From Patescibacteria group bacterium (lineage in GTDB: Bacteria > Patescibacteriota > Patescibacteriia > Veblenbacterales > UBA10138): a stretch of DNA of 64,000 nucleotides. This document shows positions 45,849 to 55,421 of the stretch, piece after piece. The stretch lies in the NCBI GenBank assembly GCA_041645215.1, contig JBAZQK010000006.1, positions 12,116 through 76,115 of the forward strand. Reading direction: 5' to 3'. The translations under genes were made by a program, and so were the position numbers. How positions within the stretch are numbered: the first letter of the stretch is position 1; each line of letters starts with the position of its first letter. The notes under the pieces are model-generated. The model ran no database searches. It was not told the origin of the DNA and saw only the letters and a program-made list of their open reading frames with translations.

Positions 45849-46859
45849 ATGCAATTTATTCTACCTTTTTCTAAAATATCCAAAAAAGACGTAGGTTTAG
45901 CCGGTGGGAAGGGGGCGAGTTTGGGGGAAATGTCACAGGCGGGCATCCCGGTGCCGCCGGGGTTTGTGGTGCTGGCCACGGCTTTTGACCGGTTTTTGCA
46001 CGAAACCGGGTTGGAGGTGGATATTGAGGCGCAGTTAAAAAAGGTTAATTATAAGGATGTTAATTCAGTTGATAAATACAGTGCGGTAATTCGTGATTTG
46101 ATTCATCGCGCCAAAATGCCTAGAGATTTGCAAAGCGAAATTATGAACGCTTATGCCAATCTGGTGAGTGGACAACGGCAAATAGTTAATAATAAGGCAG
46201 TCACCAGCCATAAACTATCAGCTATCAGCCAACTGCCATTTTATGTCGCGGTGCGGTCTTCGGCCACGGCTGAGGATTCCACCCAGGCCTCGTGGGCCGG
46301 GGAGTTGGAGACTTATTTAAATACCACCGAGAAAGATTTATTAAGGTATGTGAAGGATTGCTGGTCGTCCCTGTTTACGCCGCGGGCGATTTTTTATAGA
46401 CGTGAGAAAAAAATGCATAAAGCCAAAGTTTCAGTGGCGGTAGTGGTGCAGGCTATGGTGCAATCGGAAATTTCGGGTGTTGCTTTTACCGTGCACCCGG
46501 TTACCAAAGACCGTAACCAAATGATTATTGAGGCTGGCTATGGTTTGGGCGAGGCGATTGTGTCCGGCCAGATTACGCCTGATTCCTATATTATAGATAA
46601 AAAAAACTTGTCGCTATTGGATATCAACGTGGCCGAGCAAACGCGGCAGTTGATCGGTTTGGTTAAGGGCGGAAATAAGTGGCAAGCCGTGGCTAAAAAA
46701 GACGGCGCTAAACAAAAATTAACCGGCCAGCAAATAATTGAACTGGCTAAAATTTGCGTTAACATTGAACAGCATTATAAATTTCCCTGTGATATTGAAT
46801 GGGCGTACTATAAGGGCAAATTCTACATAACTCAATCCCGCCCCATCACCACGCTTTGA
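45849..46859 (+). CDS. Stand-alone PEP-utilizing-enzyme N-terminal ATP-grasp nucleotide-binding domain (PPDK_N; PEP synthase/RPH-like)
   Basis: KDVGLAGGKGASLGEMSQAGIPVPPGFVV matches the N-terminal signature of PEP synthase/rifampin phosphotransferase. At 336 aa it equals the ATP-grasp domain only, with no swivel or substrate domain. Confidence 0.8.
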   Translation: MQFILPFSKISKKDVGLAGGKGASLGEMSQAGIPVPPGFVVLATAFDRFLHETGLEVDIEAQLKKVNYKDVNSVDKYSAVIRDLIHRAKMPRDLQSEIMNAYANLVSGQRQIVNNKAVTSHKLSAISQLPFYVAVRSSATAEDSTQASWAGELETYLNTTEKDLLRYVKDCWSSLFTPRAIFYRREKKMHKAKVSVAVVVQAMVQSEISGVAFTVHPVTKDRNQMIIEAGYGLGEAIVSGQITPDSYIIDKKNLSLLDINVAEQTRQLIGLVKGGNKWQAVAKKDGAKQKLTGQQIIELAKICVNIEQHYKFPCDIEWAYYKGKFYITQSRPITTL

Positions 46860-46941
46860 ATCTATCAGTCTTTAGCCCTTTACGGCGGGACAAGCGCGAA
46901 AGGGTAAATGGATAAGCCAGACCTAGAGCAAAACATAATGA

Positions 46942-47112
46942 GATGGTTCCAAAACTCTTTCGTGGCGAAATTTCAGTTTTTCTTGCGAGACGAGGAAGGC
47001 GAGCAAAAAGAATTGAAACGTAGTAGAACTACGGTGAAATCCTTTTTGCGAAGCCTGACGAAGTCGCAGCCGAAAAGATGAAATTACAGCAGAAATGAGT
47101 TTTGGAACCATC
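46942..47112 (+). mobile_element. MITE-like element family 2, copy 2 (intergenic)
   Basis: TIRs GATGGTTCCAAAAC (46942-46955) and GTTTTGGAACCATC (47099-47112). Homologous throughout to 19727-19899. The tracked ORF 46923..47111 (-) is spurious. Confidence 0.75.
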
Positions 47113-47170
47113 TCAATATCATTTTACATAACCCTACCAAATTAGTAGGGTTATGTTATAATGGCAAAGT

Positions 47171-47575
47171 ATGATATTGAATTTGTCCGCGCAGTCGGAG
47201 TATGGCTTAATGCTGTTAAAGTATTTGGCGGTTTTGCCAAGCGGCGCCACCGCCAATTTGCGCACTATTGCCAACAAGTTTGAATTGCCGGTTAAATATC
47301 TGGAACAAGTCGGCGGTAAACTGGTTAAGGGTGGTATTATCACCAGTCGTCCAGGCAAGCAGGGCGGCTATGGAATGGCCGTAAACCCCAGTCGGTTGAG
47401 GCTGACAGCCATTTTAGAAGTATTGGAGCCCAGCGCGCCAGCGGTTTGTCGTCATAATGGCAGTTGTTGCAAACGCCAAAGCGCCTGTCCGAATAAAACC
47501 GGCTGGCTAAAGGTTCAGCAGGAACTTTATAAAAAATTAAGCCGCTACAAGCTGGCGGATTTGATCGCTCGCTAA
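47171..47575 (+). CDS. Rrf2-family transcriptional regulator (IscR-like, Cys-rich)
   Basis: LSAQSEYGLMLLKYLA... HTH; SRPGKQGGYGMA; cysteine cluster CRHNGSCCKRQSACP. Confidence 0.7.
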   Translation: MILNLSAQSEYGLMLLKYLAVLPSGATANLRTIANKFELPVKYLEQVGGKLVKGGIITSRPGKQGGYGMAVNPSRLRLTAILEVLEPSAPAVCRHNGSCCKRQSACPNKTGWLKVQQELYKKLSRYKLADLIAR

Positions 47576-47637
47576 TTATTAGCCGACTATACTTTAGCCG
47601 ATTTACTGAGTGAAATTAAGTCTTAACTCTTTAATTT

Positions 47638-47886
47638 ATGAAAAACCAAACTATATTAGTCATGGCAGGTTTAGTGGCTGGTTATGCGTGTCTTTTCTCT
47701 TTACTATCTTTGATGAAGCTTGGGGGTTTTGGTGATGGGGATCCTATCAACACCCCGTTACGAATTTTAAATAGGGATGTGGCGTTATTGCCGTTTGTTT
47801 TTTTATTAATTGTTAGATATCTTTGGAAAAAGGAAAAAAATCATAATTCTCGATTCCTAATTCTTAATTCTAAAATATATGTTTAA
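47638..47886 (+). CDS. Small membrane protein
   Basis: Two TM helices. The 3' end contains AATTCTN heptamer-like repeats (47845-47875). Confidence 0.3.
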   Translation: MKNQTILVMAGLVAGYACLFSLLSLMKLGGFGDGDPINTPLRILNRDVALLPFVFLLIVRYLWKKEKNHNSRFLILNSKIYV

Positions 47887-48499
47887 ATTACCTGATTTAT
47901 CATACTCATATGATGCTTTAGAGCCGCATTTTGACGCCAAAACCATGGAAATACATCATACGAAACACCACGCGGCGTATGTGACCAAGCTGAATGAGGC
48001 CTTGGCGCCAGCGCCGGAACTGCAAAGCAAAACGATTGAGGAACTCCTCTCCAACTTGAATGTTGTGCCGGAAAAAATTCGCACGGCTGTGCGCAATCAC
48101 GGCGGCGGCCATTATAATCATTCATTATTTTGGCAAGGTTTATCGCCGGTTAAAACTGAACCCGCTGGTCAGTTGTTGGATTTACTCAATAAAGATTTTG
48201 CTAGTTTGCAGAATTTTATGGAACAGTTTAATAAATCGGCAGCTAGTGTATTTGGCAGCGGTTGGGCGTGGCTGGTTGCCACAACCAACAATGAACAACC
48301 AACAGCGAACAACAAATTGCAAATAGTCACTACGCCGAATCAGGATAGTCCTATTTCACAAGGGTTGAAGCCGCTCTTAGGCCTTGATCTCTGGGAACAT
48401 GCTTATTATCTAAAGTTTCAAAATCGACGGCCTGATTATGTGGCAGCCTGGTGGGAAGTGGTAAATTGGCCAGAGGTTACTAAACGCTTGGCCCAATAG
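47879..48499 (+). CDS. sodA: Superoxide dismutase (Fe/Mn family)
   Basis: [30 protein letters not shown]...DLWEHAYY metal-ligand motifs. Confidence 0.85.
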   Translation: MFKLPDLSYSYDALEPHFDAKTMEIHHTKHHAAYVTKLNEALAPAPELQSKTIEELLSNLNVVPEKIRTAVRNHGGGHYNHSLFWQGLSPVKTEPAGQLLDLLNKDFASLQNFMEQFNKSAASVFGSGWAWLVATTNNEQPTANNKLQIVTTPNQDSPISQGLKPLLGLDLWEHAYYLKFQNRRPDYVAAWWEVVNWPEVTKRLAQ

Positions 48500-48503
48500 A
48501 CTG

Positions 48504-49250
48504 ATGCCGTTCCTGCGCATAAAGAATTTGTCAGTATCAGCCGGCCGGTTAAAGATACTGACCAACATAAATTTAAATTTAGCCCCCGGCCAGATTTTGG
48601 CGTTAGTGGGACCCAACGGTTCAGGCAAATCCACCTTGGCCCAAACCTTGATGGGTAATCCCAGTTATCGGGTAACTCATGGTTCAGTAACGTTAGGAAG
48701 AAAAAATATTTTAAAACTGAAACCGGAGCAACGAGCGCAGGCCGGTTTTTTTTTGGCGTTTCAGAATCCGCTGTCTTTTTCCGGGTTAAGCTCAATGGGA
48801 TACTTGCGCACAGTGTACAATAATCGTTTAGTTAAAGCCGGCTTACAGCCGGTCAGCCTGCTTGATTTTGATAAACTAATAAAACCGTTGGCTGTTGACC
48901 TGGGCTTAAGCGCCATTCTTAAGCGAGATTTAAATGAGGATTTTTCCGGGGGTGAGAAAAAACGGATGGAAGCCCTGCAGATGGCCATTTTAAGGCCAAA
49001 ATTGGCGATTATAGACGAGATTGACTCGGGATTGGATATAGATTCGTTTTGGGCTATAAAAACGCTTATAAATCGTTTAAAAAGGCAAGGTGCAGCCTTT
49101 ATAATTATTTCACACTATACCAAGCTTCTACGTGCCTTTAAACCAGATAAGGTGCTAATTATGTCGCAGGGCGAAATAGTCAAAAACAGTGACAGCTCTT
49201 TACTCACTAAAATTGACCGATTGGGGTTTAAGCGGTTACTAAAATCTTAA
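48504..49250 (+). CDS. sufC: Fe-S cluster assembly ATPase SufC
   Basis: Walker A GPNGSGKSTL; ABC signature FSGGEKKR; Walker B LAIIDEIDSGLD. Confidence 0.85.
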   Translation: MPFLRIKNLSVSAGRLKILTNINLNLAPGQILALVGPNGSGKSTLAQTLMGNPSYRVTHGSVTLGRKNILKLKPEQRAQAGFFLAFQNPLSFSGLSSMGYLRTVYNNRLVKAGLQPVSLLDFDKLIKPLAVDLGLSAILKRDLNEDFSGGEKKRMEALQMAILRPKLAIIDEIDSGLDIDSFWAIKTLINRLKRQGAAFIIISHYTKLLRAFKPDKVLIMSQGEIVKNSDSSLLTKIDRLGFKRLLKS

Positions 49251-49254
49251 AAAG

Positions 49255-50649
49255 ATGGACACCTACCTTACCAATAAACAGTATAAATATGGTTTTCACG
49301 ATAAAGTAAAACCGTATTACATTTTGCGCCCCGGCTTAAGTAAAAAGACAGTTGAGGAAATTTCTCATTTAAAAAATGAGCTGGCTTGGATGCGGCAGAG
49401 TCGTTTATTAGGCTATGATTTTTTTGTCAAACGACCATTGCCCGATTGGGGTCCGAGTTTGCGGGGGCTTAATTTTAGCAAGTTAAGATATTATGCTACG
49501 CCACTGGACAAGGCCGCTGCCGAATCAGGCTACATTCCCAGCAACGTTAAAAAAACTTTTGAACGTTTGGGTATACCGTCGGTGGAGGTGGATTTTTTAA
49601 CTGGCAGCGGGGCGCAATATGATTCGGAAATGGTTTATCATGCTCTTAAAAAAGATTGGCAAGGCCGGGGCGTGATTTTTTGCAGTATGGACGAAGCTGT
49701 TAAAAAACACCCGGACATAGTGTCTAAATATTATGGTACCATTGTCACTGCCAATGATAATAAACTGGCGGCTTTAAATACAGCCGTGTGGTCAGGCGGC
49801 AGTTTTGTCTATATACCCCGAAACGTAAAACTTGATAAACCTTTGCAAACTTATTTTCGGCTTAACGCCCGGAACTTGGGGCAATTTGAACGTACTTTAA
49901 TAATCGCCGAGGAGGGTAGCGAGGTGCATTATGTAGAAGGCTGTACCGCACCGGTTTACAATGTTGATTCCTTGCACGCCGCCGTGGTGGAAATAATCGT
50001 TAAACCTTACGCGCGCGTACGCTATACCACTGTGCAGAATTGGTCTAATAATGTTTATAATTTGGTAACTAAAAGAGCTTTCGTGGCCGAAGGCGGCGTG
50101 ATGGAATGGATAGACGGCAATTTTGGCAGTCAATTGACCATGAAATATCCCAGCGCCATTCTGGCTGGCCGCGGCGCTAAGGCTGAGATTATGTCGCTGG
50201 CCGTAGCTGGGCCTGGACAGCAGCAGGATGCCGGTTCCAAAGCCATTCATTTGGCCAGCGATACCAGTTCTAATATTTTGTCAAAATCAATTGCGCATCA
50301 CGGTGGGCGAACCAGTTACCGGGGTTTAATCAAAGTGGCACCCGGAGCCAAAAATTGCAAAATAAAGGTTAAATGTGATGCGTTATTAACGGATAATAAA
50401 TCGCAGTCTGATACTTATCCGACTATGGATATAAAAAACTCGCGCACTCAAACCGAGCACGAAGCCACGGTAACCAGAGTTGGTGAAGAGCAGTTGTTCT
50501 ATTTGCAAAGCCGAGGACTGTCTGAAAGCGAAGCTACTTCTATGATTGTTTCCGGATTTATTGAACCAATCGCCCGTGAATTGCCGCAGGAATTCGCCAT
50601 TGAACTTAATCGGCTGATAAATTTGGAAATGGACGGCAGTGTGGGATAA
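49255..50649 (+). CDS. sufB: Fe-S cluster assembly protein SufB
   Basis: Full-length SufB pattern including the C-terminal ...EQLFYLQSRGLSESEA. Confidence 0.85.
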   Translation: MDTYLTNKQYKYGFHDKVKPYYILRPGLSKKTVEEISHLKNELAWMRQSRLLGYDFFVKRPLPDWGPSLRGLNFSKLRYYATPLDKAAAESGYIPSNVKKTFERLGIPSVEVDFLTGSGAQYDSEMVYHALKKDWQGRGVIFCSMDEAVKKHPDIVSKYYGTIVTANDNKLAALNTAVWSGGSFVYIPRNVKLDKPLQTYFRLNARNLGQFERTLIIAEEGSEVHYVEGCTAPVYNVDSLHAAVVEIIVKPYARVRYTTVQNWSNNVYNLVTKRAFVAEGGVMEWIDGNFGSQLTMKYPSAILAGRGAKAEIMSLAVAGPGQQQDAGSKAIHLASDTSSNILSKSIAHHGGRTSYRGLIKVAPGAKNCKIKVKCDALLTDNKSQSDTYPTMDIKNSRTQTEHEATVTRVGEEQLFYLQSRGLSESEATSMIVSGFIEPIARELPQEFAIELNRLINLEMDGSVG

Positions 50650-50703
50650 ATAAAATCCCTTCTGTTTGCGAGAAGGGAATCTTTAAAATCTGCTGAAATC
50701 ATT

Positions 50704-51222
50704 TTAGTCAAGCGAGGGAAAGGCACTAGATAGTGTATTCACTAGCCAGTTAATTGTATTTTTGGTGTTGGCAATTAGATAGTATGACAGTAATAGTATG
50801 ATGGTTTGTAAAAATAAAGCCAAGGCGGTGCGTACAATCATTTCTTTTTTAACTCCCATTAATATTGACATGATTAGGAATACTATAGCCACCAGTTCAA
50901 TCATGAAATTATTTTCTACGAATGCGTAAATGATCGTGGCTACGCATATAGGAATTAATTTCTGATAACAACTTTTCCAGTCTTCATCATCAAAAGCGTT
51001 GATGTAATATACTATTAAGAGCAATACTCCAAACACTATCATTAATATCAGGCAATTCTCCGCTACCTTAGCTGGGTTAGTTTGATAGGTTATGAGACCA
51101 CAGCCAGTAGTAGCCAGAATAACGTAAAGTATGTATCGATAAATAAAATTATTTGGAAGCCTATCAGCTATGCCAAAGGCAACTCCCCAAAACTTATCAA
51201 CAACAAAATCTACAGCTTTCAT
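50704..51222 (-). CDS. Hypothetical polytopic membrane protein (inserted antisense within the suf cluster)
   Basis: Five predicted TM helices. Confidence 0.4.
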   Translation of the reverse strand: MKAVDFVVDKFWGVAFGIADRLPNNFIYRYILYVILATTGCGLITYQTNPAKVAENCLILMIVFGVLLLIVYYINAFDDEDWKSCYQKLIPICVATIIYAFVENNFMIELVAIVFLIMSILMGVKKEMIVRTALALFLQTIILLLSYYLIANTKNTINWLVNTLSSAFPSLD

Positions 51223-51284
51223 AATTTCCTCCGATTTGCTTTATAATGATTGATTTTATTAAGGTCCATTTTTACTAGCTTTAT

Positions 51285-52001
51285 TTGAACCTAACCTACA
51301 ACTTCACAGCCTGTATGTCAAGTCAGTTATTAAAATTCACAACCAATCCAGTTAAAGCAATAAATGTCGGTAAAAACCAGTTCCAACAGATTGACTTGTC
51401 AACATTTTCAGGAAATAGTTTTGTTTTTAAACTAAGACCTGGAGTCAAACTCAATTTAACTCAAACCGCCGTTAGGCCGCGCGACGTTCAGATAGAACTT
51501 GGTGAAAAATCGCTGCTTAATTATTTTGTTGAATTTAAATACAGTGACAGTGCCATAAATAATTCAATTACCATTAAGTTAAACGGCGCTGAAGCCGAAG
51601 TTAATTTGAATATGGTGGTGATTGGCCGGGCCCAGGGAAAAGCGGCACTTAAAGTTAAACTGGAACATTTGGCTGCCAGTACCAAAGGACGAATTCAAAT
51701 CAGGCGTTTGCAATATGATGCTTCGCAAAGTGAAATAAAGGGTCTGCTGTTTATTGGCCCGCGCGGCACTGGCACTGATACTTATTTATCTGACAAATCA
51801 CTGCTAATTGGTGAGCGCAGCCAGGCGCTATCGGTGCCTCAACTGGAGATAAAAACTAACAATGTTAAAGCCTCCCACGGCGCCGCGATTGGTCATATTA
51901 GCCCGGAGGGTTTATTTTATTTGCAAAGCCGCGGACTGTCCGGAGCTAAGGCTATTAAATATTTAAGTCAGGCTTTTATCGCGCCGGCCTTGCGTAAATA
52001 G
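51285..52001 (+). CDS. sufD: SufD-like Fe-S assembly protein (short; C-terminal beta-helix half only)
   Basis: C-terminal ...GHISPEGLFYLQSRGLSGAKA matches the SufB/SufD family. 238 aa. Confidence 0.6.
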   Translation: MNLTYNFTACMSSQLLKFTTNPVKAINVGKNQFQQIDLSTFSGNSFVFKLRPGVKLNLTQTAVRPRDVQIELGEKSLLNYFVEFKYSDSAINNSITIKLNGAEAEVNLNMVVIGRAQGKAALKVKLEHLAASTKGRIQIRRLQYDASQSEIKGLLFIGPRGTGTDTYLSDKSLLIGERSQALSVPQLEIKTNNVKASHGAAIGHISPEGLFYLQSRGLSGAKAIKYLSQAFIAPALRK

Positions 52002-52025
52002 GGTTATTTTGGGTATATTAAGAAT

Positions 52026-53237
52026 ATGTTAGATAATATCCGCGATTTATTTCCGATATTTTCCTCGGAGCTGGGTAAAAACTTGGCTTATTTAGATAAT
52101 GCCGCTTCCACTCAAAAACCGGCGGTGGTTTTAGAACAAATGGACAAGTTTTATCGCACCTCGTATGCCAATGTGCATCGCGGTTTATATAAGTTGGCTG
52201 AAACCGCTACGGCTGAATATGAAGCCGTGCGGGAAATTGTCCGTAAATTTATAAACGCCAAGAACCAGACTGAAATAATATTTACCCGCAATACCAACGC
52301 CAGCCTTAATATAGTGGCGCAAAGTTATTGTCAGCAGCTAGCGCCGGGCGATGAAATACTGCTTACCGAAATGGAACATCACGCTAATTTAGTGCCGTGG
52401 CAGCAAATGGCCCGGCGGTATAAATTAAAAGTTCGCTATTTGCCAATCACTACTGAAGGGCGGTTAGATGAAGCCAGATATGATGATTATTTTAATAGTA
52501 AAACTAAGGTGGTGAGCGTTACGGCCATGTCCAATGTTTTAGGTTCGGTCTCGGTTTTAGAGCCTTTAATCAGCCGGGCTAAAGCCGTAGGCGCGCGCGT
52601 AATAATTGACGCCGCTCAATCCGTTCCGCATTTCCCCATTGATGTGCAAAAATTAAATATTGACGCTTTGGCTTTTTCCGGACATAAAATATTTGGCCCG
52701 TCGGGCATAGGCGTACTTTACGGGCAAGAAGAATTTTTAAATCAAATTCCGCCGTTTGAATATGGCAGCCAGATGATAGACCAAGTTACTTATGAAGCGG
52801 CAACTTGGGCGCCGCTACCCAGTAAATTTGAAGTCGGTACGCCGCCCATTGTTGAAGTAATTGGCTTAGGTGCGGCCTTAGAATTTGTTAAGGAATTAGG
52901 TTGGCCGGTCATTTCCCGCCATGAAGCTGATTTAACAGCTTATGGTTTGTCGGCTTTATTAGAAGTTAACGGCTTGAAGATTATTGGCCCCCGCACGGTG
53001 GAAAACCGCGGTCCGGTGTTTGCTTTTACAGTTAGTGGAATTCACCCGCATGATTTAGCCAGCGTACTTGATTCGGTTGGAGTAGCAGTACGTTCCGGCC
53101 ATCACTGCGCTTTGCCCCTGCACTCCAAATTTGGCTTAACTGCCAGCACCCGGGCCAGTTTTACCATTTATAATACCAAAGCGGAGATTGACCGGCTGGT
53201 TGAAGGAATTAAAACCGCGCAAAAAATGTTTGTCTAA
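52026..53237 (+). CDS. sufS: Cysteine desulfurase SufS (class II aminotransferase)
   Basis: YLDNAASTQKP...; PLP-lysine region SGHKIFGPSGIGVLYG; active-site region RSGHHCA. Confidence 0.85.
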   Translation: MLDNIRDLFPIFSSELGKNLAYLDNAASTQKPAVVLEQMDKFYRTSYANVHRGLYKLAETATAEYEAVREIVRKFINAKNQTEIIFTRNTNASLNIVAQSYCQQLAPGDEILLTEMEHHANLVPWQQMARRYKLKVRYLPITTEGRLDEARYDDYFNSKTKVVSVTAMSNVLGSVSVLEPLISRAKAVGARVIIDAAQSVPHFPIDVQKLNIDALAFSGHKIFGPSGIGVLYGQEEFLNQIPPFEYGSQMIDQVTYEAATWAPLPSKFEVGTPPIVEVIGLGAALEFVKELGWPVISRHEADLTAYGLSALLEVNGLKIIGPRTVENRGPVFAFTVSGIHPHDLASVLDSVGVAVRSGHHCALPLHSKFGLTASTRASFTIYNTKAEIDRLVEGIKTAQKMFV

Positions 53238-53254
53238 TTTTCCATTTTGAGTTT

Positions 53255-53320
53255 TTCATGCCCAAGGCAGATCCCCGCCGGCCGTCGGGCAGGTGCCTCG
53301 GGCGGAGATATTTGGATTTT
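53255..53320 (+). promoter_or_regulatory. Conserved upstream motif copy 2 (TTTTTCATGCCCAAGGCAGATCC...GGCGGAGATATTT)
   Basis: Homolog of 17306-17350, with an expanded GC-rich internal hairpin. Confidence 0.35.
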
Positions 53321-53340
53321 GACATTGGGATTTTTTAAGT

Positions 53341-53694
53341 ATGGATTTATATCAGCAAAATATACTGGATCATTATAAACATCCGCGACGACAAGGGAAA
53401 TTAACCGGCGCGGTTAAGGCTGGCCAGGCTGATAATTTATCGTGCGGTGATTCGGTCAGTTTTGAAATCGTGCTGAAGGCTGACGTAATTGCGGACATTG
53501 GTTGGTCGGGTGATGGATGCGTATTGTCGCAAGCTGCCGCCTCAATGCTGGCGGAAACAGCGGTGGGATTGAAAGTTGATGCTGTAAAAAAATATGATAG
53601 TCAAACTATCACAAATTTACTTGGTATAACACCCGGCCCTAACCGTTTGCAGTGTGCTTTACTGGCGTTAGACGCCCTTAAAAAGGCACTGTAG
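53341..53694 (+). CDS. sufU: SufU/IscU-like Fe-S scaffold (NifU N-terminal-like)
   Basis: NILDHYKHPRRQGKL...SCGDSVSFEI...GDGCVLSQAAASML. Confidence 0.75.
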   Translation: MDLYQQNILDHYKHPRRQGKLTGAVKAGQADNLSCGDSVSFEIVLKADVIADIGWSGDGCVLSQAAASMLAETAVGLKVDAVKKYDSQTITNLLGITPGPNRLQCALLALDALKKAL

Positions 53695-53779
53695 TATTGT
53701 GCAAGGGGCAAGCCTCTGATTTAACTTATTTTCCTCCGCAGCTGTAAAGTTGGACGCTTTTTGGCAATTTAATAATTAG

Positions 53780-53810
53780 GGAAATTACCACGACCGTGGT
53801 AATTTCCCAA
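53780..53810. terminator. Bidirectional hairpin between convergent genes
   Basis: GGGAAATTACCACG/ACCGTGGTAATTTCCC is a perfect 14-bp-arm palindrome. Confidence 0.5.
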
Positions 53811-53892
53811 CAAAGAAGATCTGGTAATTTATTGGAAGAGATAATTAGATTGAAGCTAAAAACCCAGAAAGATTGAATAAATCTATGAGGTT

Positions 53893-54237
53893 TTATTCTT
53901 TAAGGTCGCCGATTATACAACCATATACTCCGATTACGAGATGTAATACAGTTTCGCCGGGCTCCAAATGAAACCAGTCAAAAAAATTAGGAAAAGTCAG
54001 CCCAAACAAAACAAAAACTAAACTCACTATGCCGACAGTGGTGGCGTAATTTTTTAGATATTTAATTTCGGTTTGTGACGTAAAACTTAATTTTAAGCCA
54101 ATTGCGCCGCCAATTAAGTAAACAAAACTTTGCCATAAATCCAGTTCAAACACCCCCCAAAATTGCGGTTGAAAAAAACCGCTTAAACCGAGTAAAAATA
54201 AAATTATCGCTAGGGGACGGATATAAGTTTTGAGCAT
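53893..54237 (-). CDS. Small membrane protein (4 TM)
   Basis: Hydrophobic helices. No motif. Confidence 0.35.
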   Translation of the reverse strand: MLKTYIRPLAIILFLLGLSGFFQPQFWGVFELDLWQSFVYLIGGAIGLKLSFTSQTEIKYLKNYATTVGIVSLVFVLFGLTFPNFFDWFHLEPGETVLHLVIGVYGCIIGDLKE

Positions 54238-54454
54238 ACGTTAAGTATAGGGGAAATGACTAGAATTTGGAAATTCTATTTAAAACTTAAACCCTAAAAC
54301 CTAAATCTTAAATAAATTTTAATAATTTAAAATTTAAAAATCAAATATCAAAATGACAATCCAAAATGTAAAAATTTTGTAATTTTAATATGTCATTTTA
54401 CATTTTGATTTTTGCATTTTGAAGTTCATTTTTACTGTGCTAAACTAAAACCAT

Positions 54455-55405
54455 ATGAAACATCACATTTTAACAATCGGCGGGGCGACTTGGGACGTGC
54501 TTTTAACTACTGATGAGTGCTATTTGTTGCCGGGCGGTTCACACAAGTTATTAGGTTTTCCTTATGGCGGTAAAGTTGATGTCAGTAACGCGGTTTATGG
54601 TTTTGGCGGCGGGGCGGCTAACGTGGCAGTTGGTTTAAGCAAATTGGGCTTAAAAACTTCAATTATAACCCGTTTGGGCAACGACTGGCGCGGCCATGAA
54701 GTTGTAAAAAACCTGCAGCACTATAAAATTGATACCACTAAGGTGCAAAAGGATAAAAAACTGGTAACGCCGCTGTCATTTGTCATAACCAGCTGTGGGC
54801 CGCGTGACCATGTTGTTTTTGTGGACCGGGCAGCCTCACAAAATTTACAAATTCCGCGCCAGCCGGACAAAACCGCTACTTGGCTATATTTAACCAGTTT
54901 AGCTACGCCTACCTGGTCAATAAGTTTAGACAAGCTCTTTCAGGCCAGCAAAGCAAGGGGCGTGAAAGTTTTTTGGAATCCGGGTTCAAAACAATTACAA
55001 CAGTTTGAATCTTTAAAAAAGCTCTTGCCTTACGTAACGATTCTTAATGTTAATAAGGAAGAAGCTGGATTAATAATTAAGCGCAGAAAGTCCGCCGCGT
55101 CTGACGTATCAGTTTTGTTAAAAGGATTAAAGTCGTTTGGACCTGAGATGGTTATTATAACTGACGGCGCCAACGGAGCTTATTGTTTTGATGGCAGTCA
55201 TATTTTATATCATGCGGCCTTAAAAGTTAAACCGGTTAACACCACCGGCGCTGGTGACGCCTTTGGCAGCGGTTTTTTAGCCGGTTTAATTCATACCGGT
55301 GAAGTCAAAAAAGCCCTGCATTGGGGTATGCTTAACTCCAGCTCGGTTATTACCCTCCCCGGCGCGCAAAAAGGGTTGTTGAGGTTGAGGGCTATCACCA
55401 GTTAA
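54455..55405 (+). CDS. PfkB-family carbohydrate/nucleoside kinase (ribokinase-like)
   Basis: GGAANVAVGLSKLG; C-terminal TTGAGDAFGSGFLAGL anion-hole motif. Confidence 0.75.
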   Translation: MKHHILTIGGATWDVLLTTDECYLLPGGSHKLLGFPYGGKVDVSNAVYGFGGGAANVAVGLSKLGLKTSIITRLGNDWRGHEVVKNLQHYKIDTTKVQKDKKLVTPLSFVITSCGPRDHVVFVDRAASQNLQIPRQPDKTATWLYLTSLATPTWSISLDKLFQASKARGVKVFWNPGSKQLQQFESLKKLLPYVTILNVNKEEAGLIIKRRKSAASDVSVLLKGLKSFGPEMVIITDGANGAYCFDGSHILYHAALKVKPVNTTGAGDAFGSGFLAGLIHTGEVKKALHWGMLNSSSVITLPGAQKGLLRLRAITS

Positions 55406-55421
55406 TTTTTGTTAATGGCCT

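Noticed and set aside
45849-46859. Full-length PEP synthase (ppsA)
   Set aside because: Only the ~330-aa ATP-grasp domain is present. No swivel or PEP/pyruvate-binding TIM-barrel domain follows in any frame.
46923-47111. ORF 46923..47111 (-) as a real gene
   Set aside because: It is contained in MITE family-2 copy 2. The homologous copy at 19727-19899 is read in a different frame and strand.
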